A stretch of 64,000 bases of DNA, taken from positions 109,182,001 to 109,246,000 of the forward strand of contig OX597814.1 of NCBI GenBank assembly GCA_951406725.2, given 5' to 3'. Made by a program: the position numbers and the translations under genes. Below are positions 1 to 12,383 of the stretch, piece by piece. This stretch comes from Octopus vulgaris. Its lineage: Eukaryota. Under the pieces are notes generated by a model, which was not told the DNA's origin, ran no database searches, and worked only from the letters and a program-made list of their open reading frames with translations. Each line of letters opens with the position of its first letter. The first letter of the stretch is position 1.

Positions 1-117
1 AAGAAATGCCAAAGCATAAATTCTTTCAGGATCACAAAAATTACTGTTGTAACTTCAACATTTTGATTAAATATTACTCTTTCCAAACATTCAAATCTTT
101 ACATCTCCAAAAATAAT

Positions 118-401
118 TCTAACCCCTTTGACATCAAAACCCACCCAAAACCCTTGGTTCTGCGAAACAAACTTCCTGTTCTAAAGCGATCTAAGTTAAA
201 ATTCTTTCCACCAAAATTTCAAGTTGATTCCAAACACTGCTTTAATAATGGTAAAGTTATTTTACTAAATTCTTTGTTATTTTCAAAATTAACTGAAATA
301 AATGAAGTGTATTTGAACATAAATATGGTAACAAAAGGGTTAAAGTGATCTAAATTAAAACATTTGTATTTCAAAAGAAATATGGTAACAAAAGGGTTAA
401 A
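118..401. mobile_element. piggyBac-type MITE with a duplicated terminus
   Basis: Ends in ggtaacaaaagggTTAA twice (~342 and ~401); body similar to the MITEs at 57553-58018. Confidence 0.65.
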
Positions 402-444
402 CATGAGCAATATTACAGCTGTAAATATTTTTAAGAGGGCTTAC

Positions 445-639
445 CTGATTTTTCTTGGACGAAGATGGAAGATAGCTCCATTCACATTGAACATATTGGT
501 GGTTATGAAGTTGGGTGCTCATTATTTTACACTCACCACATTTCACATTTTCAAAATCCAGTATATCATGAGAAACTTCCATATCAGGCATGGTGATATG
601 AGCGCGAAGAGACACAATAATTTGTGGGCCATTTGTTAT
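445..639 (-). CDS. HYDIN: HYDIN exon (last in window), ITNGPQIIVSLRAHITMPDMEVSHDILDFENVKCGECKI...CEW...KKNQ
   Basis: TAG/GTAAGC sites; 195 nt, phase 0/0; GP....L.A.VT.P, DF...CG.C and CEW motifs. Confidence 0.93.
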
Positions 640-749
640 CTATTAATGATGTCACAAATAAAATTAATAAACAAAAAAAAAACAAAAAAAATAAATGAAA
701 TGAAATGTTAAAAAAACAGTTATAAGTTCTGCAACACACCACCACCACC

Positions 750-1230
750 ATCATCATTTAATGTCCATTTTCCACGCTGGCATGGGTCAGGCATTTAATA
801 GGATCCAACTAGCTGGAAGACTGCTTTATGTTCCAATACATACTTTGGTTTGGTTCCTATAGGTGGGTGCCATTCCTTATGCCAGCCACTTTACAGTGTG
901 TACTGGGTGCTTGGCATGTAAAAAGCACTATCCAAACATGATCGATGACAGGCCCGCTTAACTGGTCTTGTGCAAGTGGTACATAAAAAGCACCATTCGA
1001 GCGTGGTCGATGCCAGTACCGCCTGACTGGCTCCTGTACTGGTGGCATGTAAAAAGCACTCACTACAGTCTCGGAGTGGTTGGCATTGGGAAGGGCATCC
1101 AGCTGTAGAAACCTTGCCAGATGAGATTGGATCCTGGTGCAGCCATTGTCTCTTCAAACCTCAAACTGTCCAACCCATGCCAGCATGGAAAACGGATGTT
1201 AAACAATGATGATGATGATGATGATGATGA
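750..1230. mobile_element. Two oppositely oriented RTE-3'UTR-derived short repeats with (GAT)n tails
   Basis: ccatgc(c/t)agcatgg stem plus (GAT)n tail, as at the 3' end of the RTE at 6921-8721. Other copies at ~4010-4560, 10240-10770, 18335-18740, 22823-23070, 50770-51240, 53270-53850, 61770-62190. Confidence 0.75.
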
Positions 1231-1887
1231 TTAACATTAGTGAGATCACCAAATAAGTCACATGACAAAGAAAAAGGCCCTGAGTCAGCAGGTAATAAAG
1301 GGACAGGTGACTTAATACCAGGTATTGATAAATTAAAGTATGATAGAGGGACTGGCATAGGTGTCTTACTATAGGGGAGATATGTGGCCAACCCACAGTA
1401 TATAAGGGTGGGTGAGGGTAGGTGATGGTGGTGATGGGGTGGCAGGGTGGACTCTCAAGATACAAGAAGGTAAGTTTGAGAGAGAATACAAAACATCAGG
1501 AATGGTGAGTGGACAAATGGGTTAGGGTTAGGTGAGAGGAGAGTGAGAGATGGTTATAGATGGGTGTTGAGGTGAATGGAACCAGGGTGGAAATGTGGAT
1601 AATGGTAAATACCAGTGTGGGGATGGGTGGGGAGGTGAAGGAATGGAAATGGCTGAGAATGGATGATGTGATAATGGCAGGAGAGAAAGGGTGGAGAACA
1701 GCAGTGAAATAAACCTGTAGATGGATCAGAAAATATACATTTATTATATGAGAGCCATGTCAGGTAAATAGAGGTACATGTTCTTTGAAGCAGTTAGGGT
1801 GAGATAAGTGATCAAATGTGTTTTTTTTCCTTTTGTAGAAGCAGTTAGGGTGAGATAAATGATCAAATGTTTTTTTTTTTCCTTTTG

Positions 1888-2830
1888 TAAAGTGAAAGGA
1901 AGATTGTATGATGTATGTGTACAAACTGCACTGTTACATGGTAGTGAGACATGGGCTCTGGATGCAGAGAACATGCGAAGATTAGAGAGGAATGAAGCCA
2001 GTATGTTTCGTTGGATGAGCAATATTAGTGCACATGTGCAACAGGGCACTAGTGTATTGAGATAAAAGACATATGAGGAATTAGATGCAGTGTGCAAGAG
2101 AGAACGCTGCAGTGGTTTGGTCATGTGATGTGGATGGATGAGGAACAATTGCATAAAGTGAAAGTGGATGGAAGTTGTGGAAGAGGGAGACCCAGGAGGA
2201 CATGGGACGAAGTTCTGAAGGTCTGTCTCAAAACACTGAGCCTAACAGAAGAGGTGACAGAGAAAAGAGATATGTAGCACCTTGCTGTACTCAAGAAGAC
2301 CCACCCACCACATCAGAACTGAGATCCAAAAACCAAGGCACTGGTGCTGGTGTCACATAAAAAAAAATGATAATGGTGCCATGTAAAAAGCATTGGTGCT
2401 GGTGCCACATAAAAAGTACCCAATACACTCTGTAAAGTTGGCATTGGGAAGGGGATCCGGCTGTAGAAACCATACCAAAATAGACTACGGAACCTGGTGT
2501 GACTCCTGGCCTTGCCAGCTACTGTTGAACCTATTTCTTTATTGCCCACAAGGGGCTAAACACAGAGGAGACAAACAAGAACAGACAGGCGGATTAAGTC
2601 GATTACATCGACCCCAGTGTGTAACTGGTACTTAATTTATTGACCCTGAAAGGATGAAAGGCAAAGCTGACCTCGGCAGAATCTGAACTCAGAACGTAAC
2701 AGCAGATGAAATACGGCTACACATTTCATCTGGCGTGCTAACATGTCTGCCAGCTCGCCGTTGAACCATCTGATCCATGCCAGCATGGAAAAAACAGATG
2801 TTAATTGATGATAATGTTGATGATGATATC
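1888..2830 (+). mobile_element. Degenerate 5'-truncated RTE LINE (C-terminal coding relic plus 3'UTR), interrupted by a SINE
   Basis: ORFs 1859..2065 and 2092..2277 (KGRLYDVCVQTALLHGSETW; GRGRPRRTWDEV) match the C-terminus of ORF 7478..8698. Confidence 0.85.
2533..2760 (-). mobile_element. tRNA-derived SINE (family beginning GGCGAGCTGGCAGA)
   Basis: A-box- and B-box-like (GAGTTCAGATTC) head; flanked by direct repeat GTTGAACC. Further copies at 15510-15720, 48995-49590 (three in tandem), 50022-50256 and 60520-61320. Confidence 0.8.
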
Positions 2831-4754
2831 TTTTACTTGTTTCAGTCATTAGACTGTGCCCATGCTGGGGCAGTACTTATATTTTTTTAAGCCCATCACG
2901 TATTCTATCAGTGTCTTTTGCCAAACTGCTAAGCTGCAGGGATGTAAACACAGCAACACTAGTTGTCAAGAGGAGGTGGGGTGGCAAACACAGACATAAA
3001 GACACACACATACACACAACAGGCTTCTTTTAGTTTCCAAAGTTTTGGTCAGCCCAAGTCCACAGTAGAAGTCACTTGCCCAAGGTGTCCAGCAGTAAGA
3101 CTGAACCCAGAACCACATGGTTGGGAAGCAAACTTCTTACCACACAGCCAGAGTTTAACCATGTTTCCATGACATATAAGTGACCAAGATTACAATTCCC
3201 TCGCCATCCTGGATGGGATGCCAGTCTGCTACAGGGTTAACTTTTCAACTATTGCTGGAACTCATTAAGAAGTGACTGGACTGGAGCAATGTGAAATGGA
3301 GTGCTTGGCTCAAGAACATAATACACCACCCAGTCCAGGAATTGAAACCGCAATGTTACAATCATGAATACAACGCCCTAACAACTGAAGACAGAAGTGA
3401 AATAATGAAAGGTGCAGCCAAACAATATGAAATTTCAATACAGATTGATGAATAGATACATATGGATAGATAGACAGACAGACAAATATATTCATTTATT
3501 TTTTCATTCTTTTACTTGTTATAGTCATTTTGACCATGGCCATGCTGGAACACTGCCTTTAGTCAAACAAACTGACCCCAGAACTTCTCCTTTGTAAGTC
3601 TAGGACTTATTCTATCGGTCTCTTTTGCTGAAACTGCTAAGTTACGGGAGACGTAAACACACCAACATCAGTTGTCGAGCGATGGTGGGGGGACAAACAC
3701 ACACACATATGTATGTGTGTAGGGCTTCTTTCAGTTTCCATCTACCAAATCCACTCACAAAATTTTGGTAGGCTTGAGGCTATAGTAGAAAACACTTGCC
3801 CAAAGTGCCACGCAGTGGGACTGAACCCAGAACCGTGTGGTTGGCAAGCAAGCTACTTACCGCACAGCCACTTCTTTCAGGTTTTGCCTACCAAATCCAT
3901 TTGCAAGGATTTGGTTGGCTCTGAGCTATAGAAGCCAAGTTACTGTACAATGGAACTGAAAACTGAACCCAAGACCACATGGTTGGGAAGCAAGCTTCAT
4001 AATCACACAGTCGTCATCATCCTCGTTTAACGTCTGCTTTCCATGCGAGCATGGGTTGGACGATTTTGACTGAGGGATGGTGAACCAGATGGCTGCACCA
4101 GGCTCTAATCTTGATCTGGCAGAGTTTCTATAGCTTGATGCCCTTCCTAACGCCAATCACACTGAGAGTGTAATGGGTGCTTTTTACATGCCACTGGCAT
4201 GGGGGCCAGTCAGGCAGTACTGGCAATGACCTCGCTCGAATCTTTTTACACATGCCACCGGCACAGGTGCCAGTAAGGCGATGCTTGTAATGATCACACT
4301 TGAATGGTGCCCTTTTACGTGCCACCAGCATGGGAGCCAGTTGGCTGCTCTGGTAACGATCATGCTCAGATGGTGCTCTTGGCACCCTACAAGCACGGGC
4401 ACAAGCGCCAGTAAGGCAACACTGGTAACGATCACACTTGAATGGCGCCCTTTTATGTGCCACTGGCACGGAAGCCGGTTAGCCGCTCTGTCAAACGATC
4501 ACACTCATATGGTGCTCTTTGCACCCCGCTAGCACGGATACCAGTCATTGAATTTGCTTTTGCTGAGCTTATAAACAGTAGAAACTACTGTGGCAATATG
4601 GCTTCCTACTTCTACACAATTAAACATACAACATTGCTGAGTTCAAAAGGGGAGTAGAAGCAGTCAGTCATTCACAGAATAACAAGACAATTTAACTTGT
4701 TGATTCAAATCCGCTGCCGCACTGTGTTCAGGAAAATTTGTTTTAGATACTTAC

Positions 4755-5019
4755 ACTGATGAGTAGTTTTGTTTCTATGGGGCCCTTGGTAAGATTTGCT
4801 CCTCTCGGATCAAATGTCAACTGAAAGCTAGCACTCTCTTGTGGTGGGAGATTCGTAACTTTATGAAGGTCAATTTTAAATCCCCAGTACTGCAGATGTT
4901 CATATACAATCTTGAAGGAAACTGAGAGGTTTCCACAATTAGTCAGAGTAACAGTGCGGTTGGTTATCAAACCAAGGATTACAAAGCCAAGGTCCAGTTC
5001 ATAGATAGGCAAGAAGGGT
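4755..5019 (-). CDS. HYDIN: HYDIN exon, (R)PFLPIYELDLGFVILG...FDPRGANL...LLIS
   Basis: TAG/GTAAGT sites; 265 nt, phase 2/0; LP.Y.LD.G..ILG and FDP.GANL motifs. Confidence 0.95.
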
Positions 5020-5670
5020 CTAAAATTAAAAAACGAAGAATAGGAACATATATAAGTCAGTGATCTCTCAATTTCACAGAAAATATACAATAATAAACGA
5101 TTACAAGGAAGTTATTTTAACTATTCAATATCATCATGATAGATCATTAGCTCCTACACGCATTTTTTTCTCTCCTTGCTTTTTTTCTGTGTATCTTTCT
5201 GTCGAAGAGCGTAGGTTCGAAACATAAAAGACTTGTTCTATTTCTATTCCTGAGCACCATACTAATACATTTGTTTGTTTGTACTCCACCTGCCTTAGTC
5301 TTTTGTTTATTTTCGTAAACCTTCCCGTTATATATATATATATAACAATTAATAAGAGGGATGACCACAAAAGTGGATTCCTAATATGCTAAAGATAGAC
5401 ATCAAATCACCTTACCACAAAGAGTGTGTTAGAAAAATCTCAGCAAAAATACCAGAATGCAAAAATGAGCAGGATAAATGAAAATATACAAAATAAAACA
5501 ATTACCTACATAAACACAAAAGAGGTGACCCTAACAGGACACCTTACATGCTAGAAGGAACAGTCAAAGTCCAAACCACAGTTAAGAGCAATTTCGAAGG
5601 GAATGAAAAGTGAAAATATAAAAACATTTACAAAGATGAGACATGCTATTTATATACATATATAGATATA

Positions 5671-6922
5671 CAAGGAGATACCCCAAAGTAACCAGAAACG
5701 TTCTCTGTGGGACAAGCCCATTGTAGTTCAGGCTTCTGCTGCTAAAAGCCACTTGATGTGACCCTCAGGCATCAGTCTACCAACTGGCAGTGTCGTTTTT
5801 AGTCTTACTGCGACATGGTGCATCTTTGTTTTGCAGTGTTTCTTCCCTGTTCATTGATTTTTGTGATGGCTAAAATGAAGGGGTGACATCCGTCCATGAA
5901 ATTTTGTTTTCTGCTGGAGAAAACAATAGCCAAAACAGTTGTCATGCTTCTAACAGCTTACAAGGTCACTGCCATGAGCAAAACACAAGTTTATAAGTGG
6001 TTTTCATACTCTAGGAATGGTCACTTGTCACTTGAAGACCAACCTCGTACAGGGCGACTGACGACCTCCCAAACGAATGAAAACAACACGAAAATTCATT
6101 AACTGATCTTGGAGGACTGTCGCTGAACAATTGATGAACTTGTAGATAAGACTGATGTGTACAGGAGCTCATACCAACGAATTTTGAGTGAGGAGCTGCA
6201 AATGGAAAGAGTTACAGCTCAAGGAAGATCAAAGGCAGTCAAAACTGAATGCGTGTTCTGAAAGTTGATCCAGACCATTTTTCAAAGGCCATCACTGATG
6301 GCAAAAGCTGGTGTTACAGCTACAACCTGGAAACGAAACAGCAATCAACTCAATGGAAGCATTCGATGTCACCACATCCCCCAAAAAAGCATGTTAAGTG
6401 AAGTCCAGTGTCAAGATGTTGCTAATTTGTTTCATTGATGAGAAAGGAATTGTCCACTCAGAATTTGTTCTCCTGGTCAAACTGTTAACCAGACATTTTA
6501 CTTGGCAGTTCTGAAGCATTTGCGAGACGTGGTGAGATGAAGATGCCCCAGCCAATGGCAAAGTGGAGAGTGGTGGTTTCATCATGCACCCCACCTTGAC
6601 CAAAAATGGCATGACCCCATTTACCCACCTTTCCTATTCCCCCGATCTTGATCCCTGCAATTTTTTTTTTTGTTCCCCCAATGAAAACAGTTCTTAAAGG
6701 AAAATGTTTTGCAGATGTGGAAGAGGTGAAGAAAAGAAATGATTGAAGCATTAAAAGGCATCACTTTACAAATGTTCCAGGATTCCTTCAAACAGTGGAA
6801 AACACATCTGGACCAATGCATTGCTTCAAATGGAGAAGACTTTGAAGGCAATAAAAGTGTAAACATGTAAAAGGGAATAAAATAACATTACAAAATTCCA
6901 GTTTCTTTTGGGTAACCCCTCA
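5671..6922 (+). mobile_element. Decayed mariner (Tc1/mariner) DNA transposon
   Basis: ORF 5896..6102 is a mariner HTH N-terminus (MKFCF...TQVYKWF...EDQPRTGR); downstream relics resemble the catalytic region; imperfect TIRs caaggagataccccaaag / cttttgggtaacccct; TA on the left. Confidence 0.88.
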
Positions 6923-8721
6923 TCATCATCATCATCATCGTTTAACGTCCGCTTTCCATGCTAGCATGGGTTGGACGGTTTAAAAGGGGTATGGGAAGCC
7001 CGAAGGCTGTACCAGGCCAGTCAGATCTGGCGGTGTTTCTACAGCTTGATGCCCTTCCTAACGCCAACCACTCCGTGAGTGTAGTGGGTGCTTTTTATGT
7101 GCCACCGACACAAGTGCCAGACAAGGCTGGCAAACGGCGTCGCTCGGATGGTGTTTTTTACGTGCCACCGGCATGGAGGCCAGGCAGGGCTGGCACAGCC
7201 ACGATCGGATGGTGTTTGTTACGTGCCACCAGCACGGAGGCCAGTCGATGCGGTGCTGGCTACGGCCACATTCGGATGGTTTTCTTATGTGTCACCGGCA
7301 CTGGTACCACAAACTACAAATTCCATTGATGTGAATCGATTTCGATTTGATTTGATTCTTCGATTTTGATTTTCACTTGCCTCAACAGGTCTTCACAAGT
7401 AGAGTTATGTGTCCCAAGAAGGAAGGTATGCACAGGTGGACTGACTACATCCCAGATAGGGGCCACGGGTTATGGCCTCACTTGTCCTGCCGGGTCTTCT
7501 CTCGCACAGCATACTTCCAAAGGTCTCGGTCTCTGGTCATTTCCTCGGTGAGATCTAAAGAGCGAAGGTTGTGTTTCACCACCTCATCCCAGGTTTTCCT
7601 GAGTCTACCTCTTCCACAGGTTCCCTCAACTGCTAGGGTGTGGCACTTTTTCACACAACTATCTTCATTCATTCTTACCATGCATCCATACCAGCGTAGA
7701 CGTCTCATTTGCACACCACAACTGATGCGTCTTAGGTCCAACTTTTCTCTCAAGGCACTTACACTCTGTCGGGTATGAACACTGACATTACACATCCATC
7801 GGAGCATACTGGCTTCATTTCTTGCGAGCTTACGCATATCCTCAGCAGTCACGGCCCATGTTTCACTGCCATGTAGCATGGCTGTTCGTACACATGCGTC
7901 ATACAGTTTGCCTTTTACTCTGAGCGAAAGGCCTTTTATCACCAGCAGAGGTAAGAGCTCTCTGAACTTTGCCCAGGCTATTCTTACTCTAGCAGTTACA
8001 CTTTCGGCACATCCACCCCCACTACTGACTTGATCACCTAGGTAACGGAAACTATCAACTATTTCTAGTTTTTCTCCCTGGAATGTGGCGGAAGATGGTC
8101 TCTGCGCATTTTCAGCGTTTATTGCACCAGAGCATCTGCCACATACAAAAACTATATTCCTAGTTAGCCTTCCTTTGACATTGCTGCACCTCTTATGTGT
8201 CCATAGCTTACACTTGGTGCACCTTATAGAGTTCCTACCTACGCCTTTTCTACAGATCGAGCAGGGCCATCTACCTGAAGGCGTTTGAGATTTGTCTACC
8301 TTCCTACTTATTAGGACTTTGGTTTTAGCTAGATTGACTCTGAGGCCCTTCGATTCTAATTCTTGCTTCCACACCTGAAACTTCTCCTCGAGTTCTGATA
8401 GTGATTCAGCAATTAGAGCAAGGTCATCAGCATAGAGGAGCTCCCAGGGGCATCCTATCTTGAATTCCTCCGTTATTGCCTGGAGGACTATGATAAATAG
8501 GAGGGGGCTGAGGACTGAGCCTTGGTGGACCCCAACCTCCACCCGGAATTCTTCACTGTACACGTTGCCAACCCTCACCTTACTAACAGTGTCCCTGTAC
8601 ATGGCACGCACAGCTCTCACTAACCATTCATTTATCCCTAGTTTCCTCATTGACCACCAGATAACGGAACGGGGGACCCTGTCAAAGGCTTTCTCCAAGT
8701 CAACGAAAGCCAGGAACAGAG
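6921..8721 (-). mobile_element. 5'-truncated RTE-clade LINE: RT C-terminal half, 3'UTR and (GAT)n tail
   Basis: ORF 7478..8698 with DLEKAFDRV, GVHQGSVLSPLLF, YADDL, FRYLG and GSETW motifs; intact to its stop; ~550-nt 3'UTR. Confidence 0.95.
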
Positions 8722-8739
8722 TTCGTATACATATATACT

Positions 8740-9145
8740 CTCTCTCTTTACTCTTTTACTTGTTTCAGTCACTTGACTGCGGCCATGCTGGAGCACCGCC
8801 TTTAGTCGAGCAAATCGACCCCAGGACTTATTCTTTGGAAGCCTAGTACTTATTCTATCGGTCTCTTTTGCTGAACCGCTAAGTTACGGGGACATAAACA
8901 CACCACTATCGGTTGTCAAGCGATGTTAGGGGGACAAACACAGACACACAAACATATATACATACACATATATATACATATATGACGGGCTTCTTTCAGT
9001 TTCCATCTGCCAAATCCACTCACAGGCTTTGGTCAGCCTGAGGCTATAGCAGAAGACACTTGCCCAAGGTGCCACGCAGTGGGAATGAACCCAGAACCAT
9101 GTGGTTGGTAAGCAAGCTACTTACCACACAGCCACTCCTGTGCCT
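8740..9145 (-). mobile_element. tRNA-derived SINE with CORE-like ccttgggcaagt block, internal (CA/TA)n and CR1-like 3' end
   Basis: Head GTGGCTGTGTGGTAAG...GGTTCA.TCCC; tail (GTAAAAGA)n. Other copies at ~2830-3150, 3510-3870, 11400-11900, 12395-12810, 16720-17110, 45905-46200, 55310-55770 and 62815-63195. Confidence 0.85.
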
Positions 9146-9312
9146 TATATATATATGCATGTGTGTGTGTGTGCTTACTCTGCTATATATATATATAGCA
9201 GAGTAAGCACATAAATGTGAAACAAGGTGGAAAAATAGTATTCAAATACCGAAGGTAGAGCAAAATGCTTTATTAATAAAGTATATCATCACCATCATCA
9301 TATACATATATA

Positions 9313-9378
<66 letters not shown>

Positions 9379-9639
9379 AGAGAGGCGGAGGGAGGGGGAG
9401 AGACAATGATTCAAATAAACAGCCTAAACCTTAGGTTTATTTGACCACTGTCTCCACATCCGCTCACTTGGATTCCTCTTATAGACTCTTCTTGCTGACT
9501 TGTATATAATACAATTTTATTGAACCTTCAGCTTTTTTTATATGCTAGACCACCGGTGTGAAGTCGATGTTAATTAAATTAATATCTAATTTCTCACCCT
9601 CATTTTAAATTTATATATATATATATATATAGATATAGA

Positions 9640-9845
9640 TATATTGATAGAAATGATAAGACAACAAAAGAATGAAAGAGACCTTGATATTATGTAAATA
9701 GAGGAATTTATCTGTAAATGTAATATGTGATAATTATTCAGTAGCCATGATAAAACTCCGAGTTTCCACTCTGACATCCGAAACTCTGAGTTTTATCATG
9801 GCTACCAAATAATTGTCACATATTACATTTACAGATAAATTCCAT
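9640..9845. mobile_element. Fold-back element between (TA)n tracts, same family as 63596-63866
   Basis: About 60-bp inverted arms (gaatttatctgtaaatg...gagtttc / gaaactc...cagataaattc). Confidence 0.7.
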
Positions 9846-10990
9846 TATATATATATATATATATATACTGGAATTTAGAGAATGGAGTAGGTAAACCCCA
9901 GAAGTAGGGTACACAATGAGGGGGTACCCTGCTAGCTATTCATCAGGCCAAACATACCTTGTTTAAATGAAGATTACATTGTTATCAAGGGGTCTCATGT
10001 TAACTTGTCAGAGATTTGATCAATCAAATCTCCTGTGAGTTAACATAGGACCCCTTGATGGCAATGTAACCTTCATTTGACTAAGATATGTTTGGCCTGA
10101 GTACCCCTCATTCAGTAGTCACTAATCAAGTACTACTAACTACTAATGGAACACCCCTCGTTAAGTAATTACTACTTCCGATGTTTTGCTAGATGTGAAA
10201 CATACGCAGCTTGGATTTTACCTCTTCTGAAATCGAAATCAAAGTGAAATTCAATGACGGGCACAAGCTCCATTCGATTGTGATCGTTGACAGAGCGGCT
10301 AACTGGCTTCTGTGCCAGTGACACATAAAAGGCACCATTCAAGTGTAATTGTTGCCAGCTTCACCTTACTGGCACTTGTACCCCGTGCTAGTAGGGTGCT
10401 AAGAGCACCATCCGAGCATGATCGTTGCCAGAGCAGCTAACTGGCTACCGTGCCAGTGGCATGTAGGAGACACCATTCGAGCGGGATGGTTACTAGCATC
10501 GCCTTACTGGCACCTGTGCCGTTGGCATGTGTAAAAAATTCTAGCGAGGTTATTGCCAGTACCGCCTGACTGGCCCCCCATGCTGGTGGCACGTAAAAAG
10601 CACCCACTACACTCTCAGAGTGGTTGGCATTAGGAAGGGCATCAAGCTGTAGAAACTCTGCTAGATCAAGACTGGAGCCTGGTGCAGCCATCTGGTTCAC
10701 CAGCCCAGTCAAACCGTCCAACCCATGCTAGCATGGAAAGCGGACATTAAACGATGACGATGATGATGATGTTCCCTAATTCACATACACAGCAACCCCA
10801 GCTACTAACTGTAAATTATAAAATAACTTTTTTCAGCTTATCAAACTTCAATATGGGAAAAACTCACAACCTTCTATGCCAATAAACCCCTACTGATACT
10901 AAAAGTTGTTTTTTATATACTCTCTATGGACTGCTTGAAGCTTACTAACTACCTACACCTTGATCCTTGGATCTTACCTTTCCATATCAT

Positions 10991-11041
<51 letters not shown>

Positions 11042-11399
11042 AAAGTAAGTTAAAGGTTGTGAATCTAACCAACTACGGGATAGTATCTATCCAATATAGT
11101 GCTGTATATATAAAAACTCTCTAACAAAGCCAAGAGGCATACCCAAGTACCCTAATTTATCTACAGATTTACAATACACTGAAAAGAAGGAAATAACATA
11201 TGGGGTACTGGGACCTCTTGGCTGAAACAGCTGTAAGAAATTGCTCTTCTTTCTCTTTTCTCTATTCTAGAAATTACTAATACCTTACACATGTTTTCTG
11301 AACTGTTTAAAATAAATAAATGGAAATAACATAATGTCTAACAACTAATGAATAATACTTCTGGATTCCCTCCATTTCCTTCTTGCCATATATATATTT

Positions 11400-11440
<41 letters not shown>

Positions 11441-11901
11441 ATTGCCCCCCCCCCCCATCACCACTTGACAACCTGTGTTGGTGTGCTTACAACCCAGTAA
11501 CTTAGTGGTTCGGCAAAAGAGACTAATAGAATGAGAACTAAGCTTTAAAAAAAATAAGCTCTGCAGTTGATTTGTTCAACTAAAACCCTTCAAGGCAGTG
11601 CTCCAGTATGGCTACAGTCAAATGACTGAAACAAGTAAGAGAATAAAAAAAACATATATATATAAATAGGTGCAGGTGTGGCTGTGTGGTAAGAAGCTTG
11701 CTTCCCAACCATATGGTTCTGGGTTCAGTTCCACTGCATGGCACCTTGGGCAAGTGCCTTCTGCTGTTGCCTCGGGCCAACCAAAGCCTTGTGAGTGGAT
11801 TTGGTAGACAGAGACTGAAAGAAGCCCATCATATATATATATACTGAACCTGGAACCATGTGGTTGGCAAGCAAGCTTCTTACCACACAGCCACATCTGT
11901 G

Positions 11902-11939
<38 letters not shown>

Positions 11940-11969
11940 CAAAATAAGCAACAAGGATATCCAAGGTAG

Positions 11970-12044
11970 TGTAGTACAATTGTTTCATGCTACTTCATTT
12001 AAGTATTACATCAGTTTTAAAATGTAGAGCACTCTTCAGCCACA
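11970..12044 (-). ncRNA. Type-I hammerhead ribozyme fold, canonical core
   Basis: UGUGG-CUGAAGA-GUGCU..long stem II..AGCAU-GAAAC-AAUU-GUA-CUACA; stem I UGUGG/CUACA; palindromic stem III ACAAUUGU. Confidence 0.75.
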
Positions 12045-12106
12045 TATAGAATTTTTTTAATTAAATAGACAATGTTCATTTATACGTATTATACAAAAAT
12101 TCTATA

Positions 12107-12194
12107 TGTGGCTGAAGAGTGCTCTACATTTTAAAACTGATGTAATACTTACATTGTTTAATTAAATGAAGTAGCATGAAATGATTGTACTACA
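12107..12194 (+). ncRNA. Type-I hammerhead ribozyme fold, inverted copy with mutated stem III
   Basis: tgtgg CTGAAGA gtgct...agcat GAAA tgatt GTA ctaca. Confidence 0.6.
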
Positions 12195-12343
12195 CTACCT
12201 TGGATATCTTTGTTGCTTATTTTGATTATAACCACCCGCATTTGATTTATATGGATAATACCATACCAAATTCTGGTGCCTTTAACTTAAGTACCATATT
12301 CATCTGAATCTAAATTTTCCTGAACTTATAATACCATACATTG

Positions 12344-12383
<40 letters not shown>

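Larger units (their letters stand above)
11935..12340. mobile_element. PLE-derived fold-back element with two inverted hammerhead copies
   Basis: Inverted arms ~11935-12056 and ~12095-12229; (TA)n on both sides. Confidence 0.75.
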
